NCBI RefSeq assembly: GCF_016026235.1
Contig: NZ_CP065613.1
Reading direction: 5' to 3' (one strand)
Length of the DNA stretch: 64,000 nt
Source: Escherichia coli
GTDB lineage: Bacteria; Pseudomonadota; Gammaproteobacteria; Enterobacterales; Enterobacteriaceae
The notes below the pieces were generated by a model that saw nothing but the letters and a program-made list of their open reading frames with translations, did not search any database and was not told where the DNA came from. How positions within the stretch are numbered: the first letter of the stretch is position 1; every line of letters starts with the position of its first letter. The translations under genes and the position numbers were made by a program. Shown in pieces: positions 20,989 through 30,826 of this stretch.

Positions 20989-22203
20989 ATGAAATTTGAA
21001 CGCCATCATGAAATATTGAAACGACTCAGTAAATTCGGTTCTGTAAAAGTATCCGATCTGTCCAATAGCCTCAATGTAACGAAAGAAACTATTCGTTCAG
21101 ATCTTAATGAACTTGCCAGGCTTGGCTATCTGACTCGATGTCATGGCGGTGCTTTTATCGTCCTAGACTCGCTTGATACTATTGCGAAAAATGAAATCGC
21201 TTATGCGCTTGAAAATTATGATACAGCCCAGGGAATAAAAAAAGGCCACTCAACTATGAAAAGTCAAGTATGCGTTATTGGTTCGTTTAATGTTGATATC
21301 ATCAGTTATTTGCCGAGGCTTCCCACTATCGGAGAATCGCTTCTGGCAAGTAATTTTATATTTTCACCGGGGGGAAAAGGCTGTAACCAGGCGCTGGCAG
21401 CAAGCTTTGCCGATACTGATGTTTATTTCATAACAAAAGTAGGTACAGATCACTTTAGTGATTATGCGATCAACTTTATGAATTCGTCTAAGATTTATAA
21501 AAGTATAATTTATCAAACGAAAGAAACGCAAACCGGAACTGCCACGATCCTTGTTAATGAAGGTACTGGCGATAATGTTATTGCGATCTATCCCGGTGCC
21601 AACATGACAATGTCGTCCGATGAAATAACTATTCAGAAAGAAGCGATTATTAATTCTGATGTCATACTTCTGCAGCTCGAAACAAATTATACCGCTCTGC
21701 AACAAGCGATCACATTGGCGCAAAAAAACAGTATCCCGGTCATTATTAACCCGGCACCCTATAATGATATCGTCAACGAACTTATTCAGGATGTTGATTA
21801 TATCACCCCCAATGAAACAGAAGCTGGTTTACTGTCCGGCATAGACGTACACGATCTTGAATCAGCTAAACGAGCTGCAGAAGCTATCCACAATAAAGGG
21901 GTAAAAAACACGGTTATCACGCTCGGTAGCAAGGGCTCGCTCGCATTTGATGGCAAAAAATTCATTCATTCGCCAGCGTTTCCAGCGGTCGTTAAAAATA
22001 CGGCAGGAGCCGGGGATGCGTTTAACGGCTCTCTGGCATCAGGACTTGCGAAAGGAAAATCACTGGAATCAGCACTGTGTTATGCCAGCGCCTTTGCATC
22101 CCTAGCGGTGGAGACAAGCAATGCTTCCGACATGCCTGAACATGAATCTGTGATACATCGAATTCAGAGTATACATTATCAGCAAACTATTTTTACGCAT
22201 TAA
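20989..22203 (+). CDS. Fusion protein: N-terminal DeoR-type HTH domain plus PfkB/ribokinase-family carbohydrate kinase
   Basis: Single 404-codon ORF. Residues 1-60 look like a DeoR HTH (VKVSDLSNSLNVTKETIRSDLNELARLGYLTR). The remainder carries both PfkB signatures (GGKGCNQA and AGAGDAFNG). Confidence 0.7.
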   Translation: MKFERHHEILKRLSKFGSVKVSDLSNSLNVTKETIRSDLNELARLGYLTRCHGGAFIVLDSLDTIAKNEIAYALENYDTAQGIKKGHSTMKSQVCVIGSFNVDIISYLPRLPTIGESLLASNFIFSPGGKGCNQALAASFADTDVYFITKVGTDHFSDYAINFMNSSKIYKSIIYQTKETQTGTATILVNEGTGDNVIAIYPGANMTMSSDEITIQKEAIINSDVILLQLETNYTALQQAITLAQKNSIPVIINPAPYNDIVNELIQDVDYITPNETEAGLLSGIDVHDLESAKRAAEAIHNKGVKNTVITLGSKGSLAFDGKKFIHSPAFPAVVKNTAGAGDAFNGSLASGLAKGKSLESALCYASAFASLAVETSNASDMPEHESVIHRIQSIHYQQTIFTH

Positions 22204-22216
22204 GAAGGGACAGAGA

Positions 22217-22975
22217 ATGAATAACACCAAAAAATCACTAAAAGTGCTCTTTATTGGGGAATCCTGGCATATTCATATGATTCATTCAAAAGGATATGAC
22301 AGTTTTACCTCAAGTAAATATGAAGAAGGTGCGACCTGGTTACTCCAGTGTCTGAAAAATAGTCAGGTAGATGTCACCTATATGCCAGCACATACGGTAC
22401 AAATTGCCTTCCCTGAAGATGTGGCACAGTTAGAACAATATGATGCCATCGTTATTAGTGATATTGGTAGTAATACTTTCCTGCTACAAAATGATACTTT
22501 TTATCAGCTTCGCATAAAACCAAACGCTCTCGAACTGATTAAAGAATATGTGAATAACGGTGGTGGGTTATTGATGATTGGCGGCTATCTCTCATTCATG
22601 GGAATTGAAGCAAAAGCCAATTATAAAAATACAGTTCTGGCTGATGTGCTCCCGGTTACGATGTTAGATGGTGACGATCGTGTCGAAAAACCAGAGGGTG
22701 TTATTGCACAGCCATCACAACCTGAACATCCAGTTATTAAAGGGTTCTCTGAATATCCTTTTTTCCTAGGTTATAACCGGGCGATCGCTAAAGAAAATGC
22801 TGAGGTGGTATTAACAATAAACAACGCTCCATTACTGGTCTTTGGTAACTATCACAACGGGAAAATAGCCTGCTTTATGAGTGACTGTTCACCGCACTGG
22901 GGTACACAGCAGTTTATGTCCTGGCCGTTCTATACCGCGTTGTGGGTAAATATACTGACTCATATTGCAAGATAA
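22217..22975 (+). CDS. Hypothetical protein (possible class-I glutamine-amidotransferase-like / ThuA-like fold)
   Basis: 252-aa ORF 14 bp downstream of the kinase gene. Fold assignment comes only from the overall pattern (VLFIGESWH..., NGGGLLMIGGY) and is weak. Confidence 0.35.
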   Translation: MNNTKKSLKVLFIGESWHIHMIHSKGYDSFTSSKYEEGATWLLQCLKNSQVDVTYMPAHTVQIAFPEDVAQLEQYDAIVISDIGSNTFLLQNDTFYQLRIKPNALELIKEYVNNGGGLLMIGGYLSFMGIEAKANYKNTVLADVLPVTMLDGDDRVEKPEGVIAQPSQPEHPVIKGFSEYPFFLGYNRAIAKENAEVVLTINNAPLLVFGNYHNGKIACFMSDCSPHWGTQQFMSWPFYTALWVNILTHIAR

Positions 22976-23031
22976 TAATAATAATGGGGTAACTCCAGTT
23001 ACTCCATTTACTATAATAGAAGGATTGATGT

Positions 23032-23997
23032 ATGAAAAAGAATAAGTACTCAACTCCCTTATGGATGCTTGCCACGATTCTTGCGGGTATGCTCTCCCCT
23101 ATGCAATCAGCGGTGAATGGTCAATTAGGTCACTGGTTACAGGATGGTAATGCATGCGCAGTTATCTCCTTTGCCAGTGGTTTAGTCGTGATGTTTTTTA
23201 TTATTATGGCGCGAAAAGAAACCCGGCAACAATTTGCGGCAATTCCTTCTCTGATTAAAAACCGAAAAGTTCCTCTCTGGAACTGGTTTGCCGGTCTCTG
23301 TGGAGCGATGGTGGTATTTTCTGAAGGCGCATCAGCCAGCGCACTCGGGGTCGCAACGTTTCAAACCGCACTGATCTCCGCGCTATTGCTGTCTGGTTTA
23401 CTTTGCGATCGCTTTGGTATCGGTGTCGACGAGAAAAAATACTTTACCCCTTATCGCATCATCGGTGCATTATTTGCGGTTATTGCTACGATTTTTGTTG
23501 TGTCACCTCAGTGGCATTCTACCTCTTTCATCTTACTTGCCATTCTTCCGTTCTTAGCTGGTTTGCTTGCAGGATGGCAGCCCGCTGGAAATGCAAAAGT
23601 AGCTGAAGCTACGGGATCCATGCTGGTTTCAATCACCTAGAATTTCATCGTTGGATTTTGTGTTTTAGGCACAGCGCTAGCTATTCGTGTCGCATTAGGG
23701 CACGTCACTGTTCAATTACCAGATGTCTGGTGGATGTATCTTGGCGGCCCGCTTGGACTAATGTCTATCGGTTTAATGGCCATTTTGGTCAGAGGTCTGG
23801 GGTTACTGATGCTGGGGGTTGCTTCAACGGCGGGCCAGTTACTGGGATCAGTATTGATTGACGTATTAATTCCATCGCTGGGCAATAGCGTTTATCTGGT
23901 CACGATCATCGGAACACTGTTTGCACTGGTCGGTGCAATTGTTACCACTATTCCGGAATACAGAACCTCGAAAACAATGAAGAAAATGGAGGTATAA
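23032..23997 (+). pseudogene. DMT-superfamily (tandem DUF606 / YdcZ-like) inner-membrane transporter interrupted by an in-frame amber codon
   Basis: ORFs 23032-23640 and 23734-23997 are in the same frame. The intervening codons read on as membrane-protein sequence (...NFIVGFCVLGTALAIRVALGHVTVQLPDVWW-MYLGGPLGLMSIGL...) once TAG at 23638-23640 is read through. Confidence 0.55.
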
Positions 23998-23999
23998 TC

Positions 24000-25034
24000 A
24001 TGAAAGATTATCTACAAACTGTGACGGGCCCCGTCGCCCGTGAAGATATGGGGCTAACACTTCCTCATGAACATCTGTTCAACGATCTTTCCTCTGTTGT
24101 GGATGCTCCTTGCTATCCTTTTTCACAACGGCTTGTTGATAAAAAAGTCACGGCAGAAATCCAGTGGGCATTAAAACACGATCCTTATTGCTGCGCTGAT
24201 AATATGGACCGCAAACCTATTGAAGATGTGATCTTCGAAATTAATAACTTTATCTCGCTCGGTGGTCGCACCATTGTTGATGCCACAGGGTCTGAGTCTA
24301 TCGGACGAGATGCGCAGGCATTACGAGAAGTCGCATTAAAAACAGGTCTGAATATTGTTGCTTCCTCCGGTCCCTACCTGGAAAAATTTGAAAGCCAGAG
24401 AATTCATAAAACGGTTGATGAACTGGCGACAACGATCGATAAAGAATTGAATCAAGGGATTGGCGATACGGATATTCGTGCCGGAATGATCGGTGAAATA
24501 GGTGTTTCACCGACATTTACCGAAGCCGAGCATAACAGCTTGCGGGCTGCCTCGCTGGCACAGATTAACAATCCTCATGTGGCGATGAATATTCACATGC
24601 CGGGCTGGCTTCGTCGCGGTGATGAAGTACTCGACATTGTGTTAGGTGAAATGGGCGTCTCGCCAAATAAAGTCTCTCTCGCACACTCGGATCCGTCAGG
24701 AAAAGACGTGGCGTATCAGCGGAAAATGCTTGATAGAGGTGTCTGGCTGGAATTCGACATGATTGGCCTAGACATTACCTTCCCGAAAGAGGGAATAGCG
24801 CCAGGGGTGCAGGAGACTGCCGATGCCGTCGCTCATCTCATTGAGTTGGGATACGCCGATCAGCTTGTTCTCAGCCACGATGTCTTCCTTAAACAAATGT
24901 GGGCTAAAAATGGCGGTAATGGCTGGGGATTTGTTCCAGATGTTTTTCTGGCCTATCTGGCGGAGCGCGGCGTCGATAAAACGATCCTCAAAAAACTCTG
25001 TATCGATAATCCCGGACGATTATTGACCGCATAA
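24000..25034 (+). CDS. Phosphotriesterase-family (PTE/Php-like) metal-dependent hydrolase
   Basis: 344-aa product with the N-terminal metal-binding motif TLPHEHL and overall amidohydrolase/PTE layout. Confidence 0.75.
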   Translation: MKDYLQTVTGPVAREDMGLTLPHEHLFNDLSSVVDAPCYPFSQRLVDKKVTAEIQWALKHDPYCCADNMDRKPIEDVIFEINNFISLGGRTIVDATGSESIGRDAQALREVALKTGLNIVASSGPYLEKFESQRIHKTVDELATTIDKELNQGIGDTDIRAGMIGEIGVSPTFTEAEHNSLRAASLAQINNPHVAMNIHMPGWLRRGDEVLDIVLGEMGVSPNKVSLAHSDPSGKDVAYQRKMLDRGVWLEFDMIGLDITFPKEGIAPGVQETADAVAHLIELGYADQLVLSHDVFLKQMWAKNGGNGWGFVPDVFLAYLAERGVDKTILKKLCIDNPGRLLTA

Positions 25035-25043
25035 AACCATTAT

Positions 25044-25066
25044 CCCCCGGCACATTGCGCCGGGGG
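25044..25066. terminator. Bidirectional terminator between the PTE-like gene and the ggt remnant
   Basis: Perfect hairpin cccccggcacattgcgccggggg. Confidence 0.45.
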
Positions 25067-25073
25067 ATGTCAA

Positions 25074-25410
25074 TTAATACCCCGCCGTTAAATCATCCAC
25101 CAAGCGCGAGTCGGATGCGCCGTACAACTCACCATCCGACCCAACCATAATGCTTTGCGTGCTGCCCAACACCTCATTCAGCGCCACTTTCTGACCTTTT
25201 GCTTCCAGCAGCTTGAGCGTATCCGGACTAACCCCTTTTCAACACGCAGCTCGTCCGGCAACCACTGATGGTGGAAACGAGGCGTATTGGTCGCTTCGGC
25301 AACATTCATTCCACAATTGATGCTGTTCACCACCATTTGCAGCACGGTAGTGATGATCCAGCTACCGGTAACAAAGTGAGTACATAAAGGCCATACTGTC
25401 ACGAACAGTG
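25074..25410 (-). pseudogene. 3' remnant of a gamma-glutamyltranspeptidase paralogue, truncated by the ISL3 element
   Basis: Minus-strand translation gives the GGT C-terminus ...IITTVLQMVVNSINCGMNVAEATNTPRFHHQWLPDELRVEKG and ...ALNEVLGSTQSIMVGSDGELYGASDSRLVDDLTAGY with one frameshift. It ends at the ISL3 inverted repeat at 25411. Confidence 0.55.
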
Positions 25411-25685
25411 CAAAAGTGGCTCTTCCGCAACCTAGGTGAAGATTTTCATGCCAGTGGACTCATTACCCTCCGCCTAAGTAGTTCAAGTCCGGCTCGACCA
25501 TACATCTGGCGTATCAGCACCTTCAGGCGATTTACATGACCTTCGACAACACCAGTACTCCAGCGACTGCTGATTGCCTCACGTATAGCCGCAGCATCAG
25601 CTTCCATCCCCGCAGCTACGCACCGAAGTTCTGCTGAGCCGCTTTCGTGGACCCGAGTGAACCAGCTGCTTAGCTGTGATTTATT

Positions 25686-27063
25686 TTAGGTTTTCAGAAT
25701 ACGGTAGAACTCGAGTACCAGTTGCTGCGCTATTTTCAACTCCGGTTCTTTTTCACACATCAGACTAATAAATCGGAAAGCATAATTTTCTTCACCCCTG
25801 ATTATTCTCCGGGGCATCAACCAGCGGCTTACCCGGGACACTGAAGGAAGTCTTGCGGCAGTAGTAACCGGTGGGATCCAGCCTTTACGCCATTTGGCAA
25901 CAGCATCCCTGACGATGGTTTCACTGCCTGTAACCCCCCTGGCCACCATTTCCCGCCATATCCGGCCGGAGTTATAATTACCACATTCTCGTTGCTCTTT
26001 TAACCACTCCCTCCATGGGTCCAGAAGCCCTCGCTTTGGAGGCCTAGTTGACATTTCAGGGAATGTTCCTGAACCCACCCAGCGACTGACTGTCACTCGC
26101 GACAGGCCTGTAATACGGGATATTTCCCTGAAACTACATCCCTTGTTATGCAGGGCCATAACCTCTGTCCAACGCTGATGCCGTTTTTTGCGGGTGTGCT
26201 GTTTAAGGCGTTCCAGACGACGGAGCGATGCTACAGGCACAGATATTTCTGGCTCAGGTGATTTCTTCAGTGATAACTCTCTGACAACAAGACGTATCAG
26301 AGGCATATGTCTGTACATCATTCGTTCAGGCTCATCACCAATATTTTTTAGCAGGTGCCATCGATAGGCCACCTGTCTGGCCTGAGGTGCACCTTCACGT
26401 GCTGCTGTCGCATAGACTCCACTGCGATCACGCGATACAACCTGTATTTCCGGACCTTTTCTGAACCAGGTCGCCAGCGTACGCTGATCACGGCCGGGAA
26501 GCAGGACCAGGGGGCGGTGAGTATCAAGATTGAATATTAACGTACCGTAACGGTGGCCCCAATGCCACGCCCACTCATCAATACCGACATGAGGCGCGCC
26601 TGACTGTTTCGTCTCCGGGGTATTGATAAGCCTGCGAAGAAGAGTATCAGCACTGCAACGGAGACCCGCTGCCGTTGCAGCCCGTTTTCCAGCCTCACCT
26701 CCAGCTATTAATCCCAGTTGACGTTGTTAATTTTGTAACGCCTGTGAAGACTGCTGGTGTGAACTGGCGAAGGGAGCAAGCGACTCGGCAAAAATTTTAC
26801 GTGACAAGCCGGGTTACGGCAGTACCAGTGGCGGACGGAAAATACAAGCCATAGCGTCTGCCCTGAGCAGGGTAGATGCTGTATCCGGCGCCGACGACAA
26901 CTATGAACAGAGTCGCTACGCTTAAAGCATTCAGGACATTGTGCTGTTTTGCGTTTTCCGTGGAGATGGAGGGTTATACCGTCAGAGCTAATAATTTGTC
27001 GACTGCATCGCCATCCGCAAGGTAACTTTAGAAGTGTCTTAAGAGAGTGCATTGCGTTGCCCA
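25686..27063 (-). pseudogene. ISL3-family transposase, frameshifted; its start region is separated from the body by the IS2 insertion
   Basis: N-terminal zf-ISL3-like region (...CPECFKRSDSVHSCRRRRIQHLP...RHWYCRNPAC), a central part in another frame, and a C-terminal part (…YRWHLLKNIGDE…). The first two codons (ATG GGC) lie beyond the IS2, at 28395-28400 on the minus strand. Confidence 0.6.
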
Positions 27064-27155
27064 TTAGACTGGCCCCCTGAATCTCCAGACAACCAATATC
27101 ACTTAAATAAGTGATAGTCTTAATACTAGTTTTTAGACTAGTCATTGGAGAGCAG

Positions 27156-27521
27156 ATGATTGATGTCTTAGGACCGGAGAAACGCAGACGGCGTACTACA
27201 CAGGAAAAGATCGCTATTGTTCAGCAGAGTTTTGAACCGGGAATGACGGTCTCCCTTGTTGCCCGGCAACACGGTGTGGCAGCCAGCCAGTTATTTCTCT
27301 GGCGCAAGCAATACCAGGAGGGAAGTCTTACTGCTGTGGCCGCAGGAGAGCAGGTCGTTCCTGCCTCTGAACTTGCTGCTGCCATGAAGCAGATTAAAGA
27401 ACTCCAGCGCCTGCTCGGCAAAAAAACGATGGAAAATGAACTCCTTAAAGAAGCCGTTGAATACGGGCGTGCAAAAAAGTGGATAGCGCACGCGCCCTTA
27501 TTGCCCGGGGATGGGGAGTAA
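27156..27521 (+). CDS. insC: IS2 OrfA (InsC)
   Basis: [56 protein letters not shown]... recognised as InsC. Confidence 0.85.
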
Positions 27522-28384
27522 GCTTAGTCAGCCGTTGTCTCCGGGTGTCGCGTGCGCAGTTGCACGTAATTCTCAGACGAACCGATAACTGGAAAGATGG
27601 TCGCCGCAGCCGTCACTCAGATGATACGGATGTGCTTCTCCGTATACACCATGTTATCGGAGAGCTGCCCACGTATGGTTATCGTCGGGTATGGGCGCTG
27701 CTTCGCAGACAGGCCGAACTTGATGGTATGCCTGCGATCAATGCCAAACGTGTTTACCGGATCATGCGCCAGAATGCGCTGTTGCTTGAGCGAAAAACCG
27801 CTGTACCGCCATCGAAACGGGCACATACTGGCAAAGTGGCCGTGAAAGAAAGCAATCAACGATGGTGCTCTGACGGGTTCGAGTTCCGCTGTGATAACGG
27901 AGAAAAACTGCGAGTCACGTTCGCGCTGGACTGCTGTGACCGTGAGGCACTGCACTGGGCAGTCACTACGGGCGGCTTCGACAGTGAAACAGTACAGGAC
28001 GTAATGCTGGGAGCGGTGGAACGCCGCTTCGGCAACGAGCTTCCGGCGTCTCCAGTAGAGTGGCTGACGGATAATGGTTCATGCTACCGGGCTAATGAAA
28101 CACGGCAGTTTGCCCGGATGTTGGGGCTTGAACCGAAGAACACGGCGGTGCGGAGTCCGGAGAGTAACGGCATAGCAGAGAGCTTCGTGAAAACGATAAA
28201 GCGTGACTACATCAGTATCATGCCTAAACCAGACGGGTTAACGGCAGCAAAGAACCTTGCAGAGGCGTTCGAGCATTATAACGAATGGCATCCGCATAGT
28301 GCACTGGGTTATCGCTCGCCACGGGAATATCTGCGGCAGCAGGCCAGTAATGGGTTAAGTGATAACAGGTGTCTGGAAATATAG
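27479..28384 (+). CDS. insD: IS2 OrfB (InsD, DDE transposase)
   Basis: 301-aa product overlapping insC in the -1 frame (programmed frameshift arrangement of IS3-family elements). Confidence 0.85.
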
Positions 28385-28518
28385 GGGCAAATCCACCCAT
28401 AACTTAAATCAGCTTAGATTGCGTATTCCGCTCTATTCGATCACGGATTGGCATCGAAGTCCGATCAGCGATTCGCATACATTCGATCAACCGGGAACTT
28501 AACTTTTTCTACCGCTTT

Positions 28519-29274
28519 TTAACTCGTTTTTTCGCTGCTTTCCACTGTCGGGGGATTTTTCCTCAGGGACTCTCCCTGAAGGACCACTCTGTGTGAGTTA
28601 TGTACCAGTCTGTCCAGGATGGCATCTGCTGTTGTTGGGATTTCCATCAGACCATGCCATTTATCTACCGGGAACTGGCTTACCACTATCGTGCTGCTTT
28701 GTCCGTAACGATCCTCTATGATCTCCAGAAGGTCATTACACTGGGCGTTACTTAACTGTTCCAGCCCCAGATCGTCCAGGATTAGAACCTGTATTTTTTG
28801 CAACTGTTTCAGATATTTCAGCCAGCTGCCATCAACACGTCCCTGAGCCAGCTGTTCCAGTAATCGCCCGGTTCTACTGTACCGGACGCTGTATTTCTGT
28901 CGACATGCCTGTTCGCCCAGCGCATTGGCTATCCAGCTCTTACCGCATCCTGTCGGACCGGTTATCAGCAGGTTTTTCCTGTGGATTATGTAGTGACCGT
29001 TCAGCAGCTCCCTCATCTGTTCAGCCCGCAGACCTCTTGAGGCCGGATAACGCAGCCCTTCCGGTGTTGCCTGGTATTTCAGGCCGGCATTTTTTCTCAA
29101 CCGTGCCACACGACTGTTTTCTCTGCTCAGAAGCTCGTCATCAACCAGCAGTGTCAGCCTTTCCTCGAAAGACAGCTCGTCATAGGTCTGAGGCGTTTCC
29201 CGCTGCCGTATCAGGCTCCCGGCCATCGCCGGGAGTTTCAGTTGGGTCAGTTTGTTTAACAGGTTATCACTCAT
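28519..29274 (-). CDS. istB: IS21-family helper ATPase IstB
   Basis: Walker A GPTGCGKS and IstB-like layout; start MSDNLLNKL. Confidence 0.8.
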   Translation of the reverse strand: MSDNLLNKLTQLKLPAMAGSLIRQRETPQTYDELSFEERLTLLVDDELLSRENSRVARLRKNAGLKYQATPEGLRYPASRGLRAEQMRELLNGHYIIHRKNLLITGPTGCGKSWIANALGEQACRQKYSVRYSRTGRLLEQLAQGRVDGSWLKYLKQLQKIQVLILDDLGLEQLSNAQCNDLLEIIEDRYGQSSTIVVSQFPVDKWHGLMEIPTTADAILDRLVHNSHRVVLQGESLRKNPPTVESSEKTS

Positions 29275-29290
29275 ACTGTTGTTCCTTTTG

Positions 29291-30826
29291 TCAGTGGTAG
29301 TAGCCCGGGCCACGCAGGTTTTCATGCTCTGAAGCATATGCCGGATGTTGTTCGCCCTGGCGGGATAATGGAAGCTCAAGGTTTTCCCGATGGTGACGCA
29401 GCAGATTGTCGATAAAGCGTCTGTCCGGGGCGTTATAGTGCAGGGCAACGTAACAGGCCTTTTCCAGCCGTTCCGGGCCGTATTTTTTCTGAAGAGCCAG
29501 CAGCCCCAGGACTGCACGGTAAGCCAGTTCCGGATGGGGTTTTGCCTTCAGCATGGATTCAACCACCCGGCCAGTGGACGGGCCTGTACGTTTTCCCTGC
29601 CCGATAAGGCGTTCCGGTGTCCATGTCCCGTGCCGCCGGTGGCGCTCTGGCATGTGAAGCGGATTGGTTGTGTGTTTATATTCATGTGTGCTGCGCGGAT
29701 GTTGCGCCACACACTGCCCCTTGTGCCAGAGTTGTACCACAGACTGCCCCGCCTTCAGTGACAGACGCTGACCGACCAGTTCGTGTGGAACGGAGTACCA
29801 GTGACGGGCATATTCAACGTGATAGTCAGGGCCAACCTTCACGGCTTTGTATTCCGTGTATTCATAAGGTGCCAGAGGCAGCGGAGAGAGTGCTGGCGCA
29901 TCCAGCATGCGGAAGCGTTCTGCACGGGTTTGATTGCCGTACCCCTTCATTGGCCGGTTATTCATGTCCATCAGTAACTCCCGAAGGCGCGCATTCAGCG
30001 CCCTGAGCGTGTGGAAGGTTTCATTACGGATGCGGGCAAGAAGCCATCGTTCGACGATGAGGACGCCGTTTTCTGCTTTTGGTTTATCTTTAGGTTTGCG
30101 CGGGCGGGCCGGGATAATAACCGTGCCATAGTGCTCAGCCAGCGCCTGATAACTGTCGTTGATGACAGGCTCATAGCGATCGGCTTTTTTGACTGCACTT
30201 TTGAGATTATCGGGGATGAGCAGCTTCGGCACGCCGCCCAGGAAGGTCAGGCAACGGCTGTGGGCATTTAACCATGACATCATGTCCTGACCTTCGCACG
30301 CTTCAACGTAGGTATAGTTGGATGCCTCCATCACGGCCACGAAGATTGCCACGCGGCGTATCTCTCCGGTGTCCGGATTAATAACAGGAACCGTAGGACC
30401 GCAGAAGTCGATAAAGAGCTTTTCGCCGGCACGATGCTCCTGGCGCATGGAGAGGCGTCGCGTTTTTTTCCACTCCCGGTAGCAACGGCAGAAGTGCGAG
30501 TATCCCATCGCTTTGTCACCCGCCTGTGCCTTGTATTCCATCCACAACAGCTGGCGCGTCACGCCCGGTTTTCTCATTTCCGTATCGAAGTACAGCATGT
30601 CAGGCATAACAAGCTCTGACGCAGAGGTGTCTTTGGGCGGGTAAATGAGTTTCTCCAGCGTGTCATGGGATATATCAGCAGGTAATGGCCATGACAGAGA
30701 AGAGGCTTTGAAGCGTGCAAGAACCTCAAAAACGGTTGAGGCGCTGATGTGTAACGTCAGTCCGATACAACGGTTAGTCAGCTTCTGGTCGAACTTGAGC
30801 TGAAGGATCTTAAAACAGGTTTCCAT
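29291..30826 (-). CDS. istA: IS21-family transposase IstA
   Basis: N-terminal HTH followed by a DDE domain (…LFIDFCGPTVPVINPDTGEIRRVAIFVAVMEASNYTYVEA…); start chosen at METCFKILQ. Confidence 0.8.
   Translation of the reverse strand: METCFKILQLKFDQKLTNRCIGLTLHISASTVFEVLARFKASSLSWPLPADISHDTLEKLIYPPKDTSASELVMPDMLYFDTEMRKPGVTRQLLWMEYKAQAGDKAMGYSHFCRCYREWKKTRRLSMRQEHRAGEKLFIDFCGPTVPVINPDTGEIRRVAIFVAVMEASNYTYVEACEGQDMMSWLNAHSRCLTFLGGVPKLLIPDNLKSAVKKADRYEPVINDSYQALAEHYGTVIIPARPRKPKDKPKAENGVLIVERWLLARIRNETFHTLRALNARLRELLMDMNNRPMKGYGNQTRAERFRMLDAPALSPLPLAPYEYTEYKAVKVGPDYHVEYARHWYSVPHELVGQRLSLKAGQSVVQLWHKGQCVAQHPRSTHEYKHTTNPLHMPERHRRHGTWTPERLIGQGKRTGPSTGRVVESMLKAKPHPELAYRAVLGLLALQKKYGPERLEKACYVALHYNAPDRRFIDNLLRHHRENLELPLSRQGEQHPAYASEHENLRGPGYYH

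Larger units (their letters stand above)
27064..28395 (+). mobile_element. IS2 (IS3 family)
   Basis: Canonical IS2 left end TAGACTGGCCCCCTGAATCTCCAGACAACC and right end ...GGGGCAAATCCA; about 1.33 kb. Flanked by GCCAT / CCCAT (near-perfect 5-bp duplication). Confidence 0.9.
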
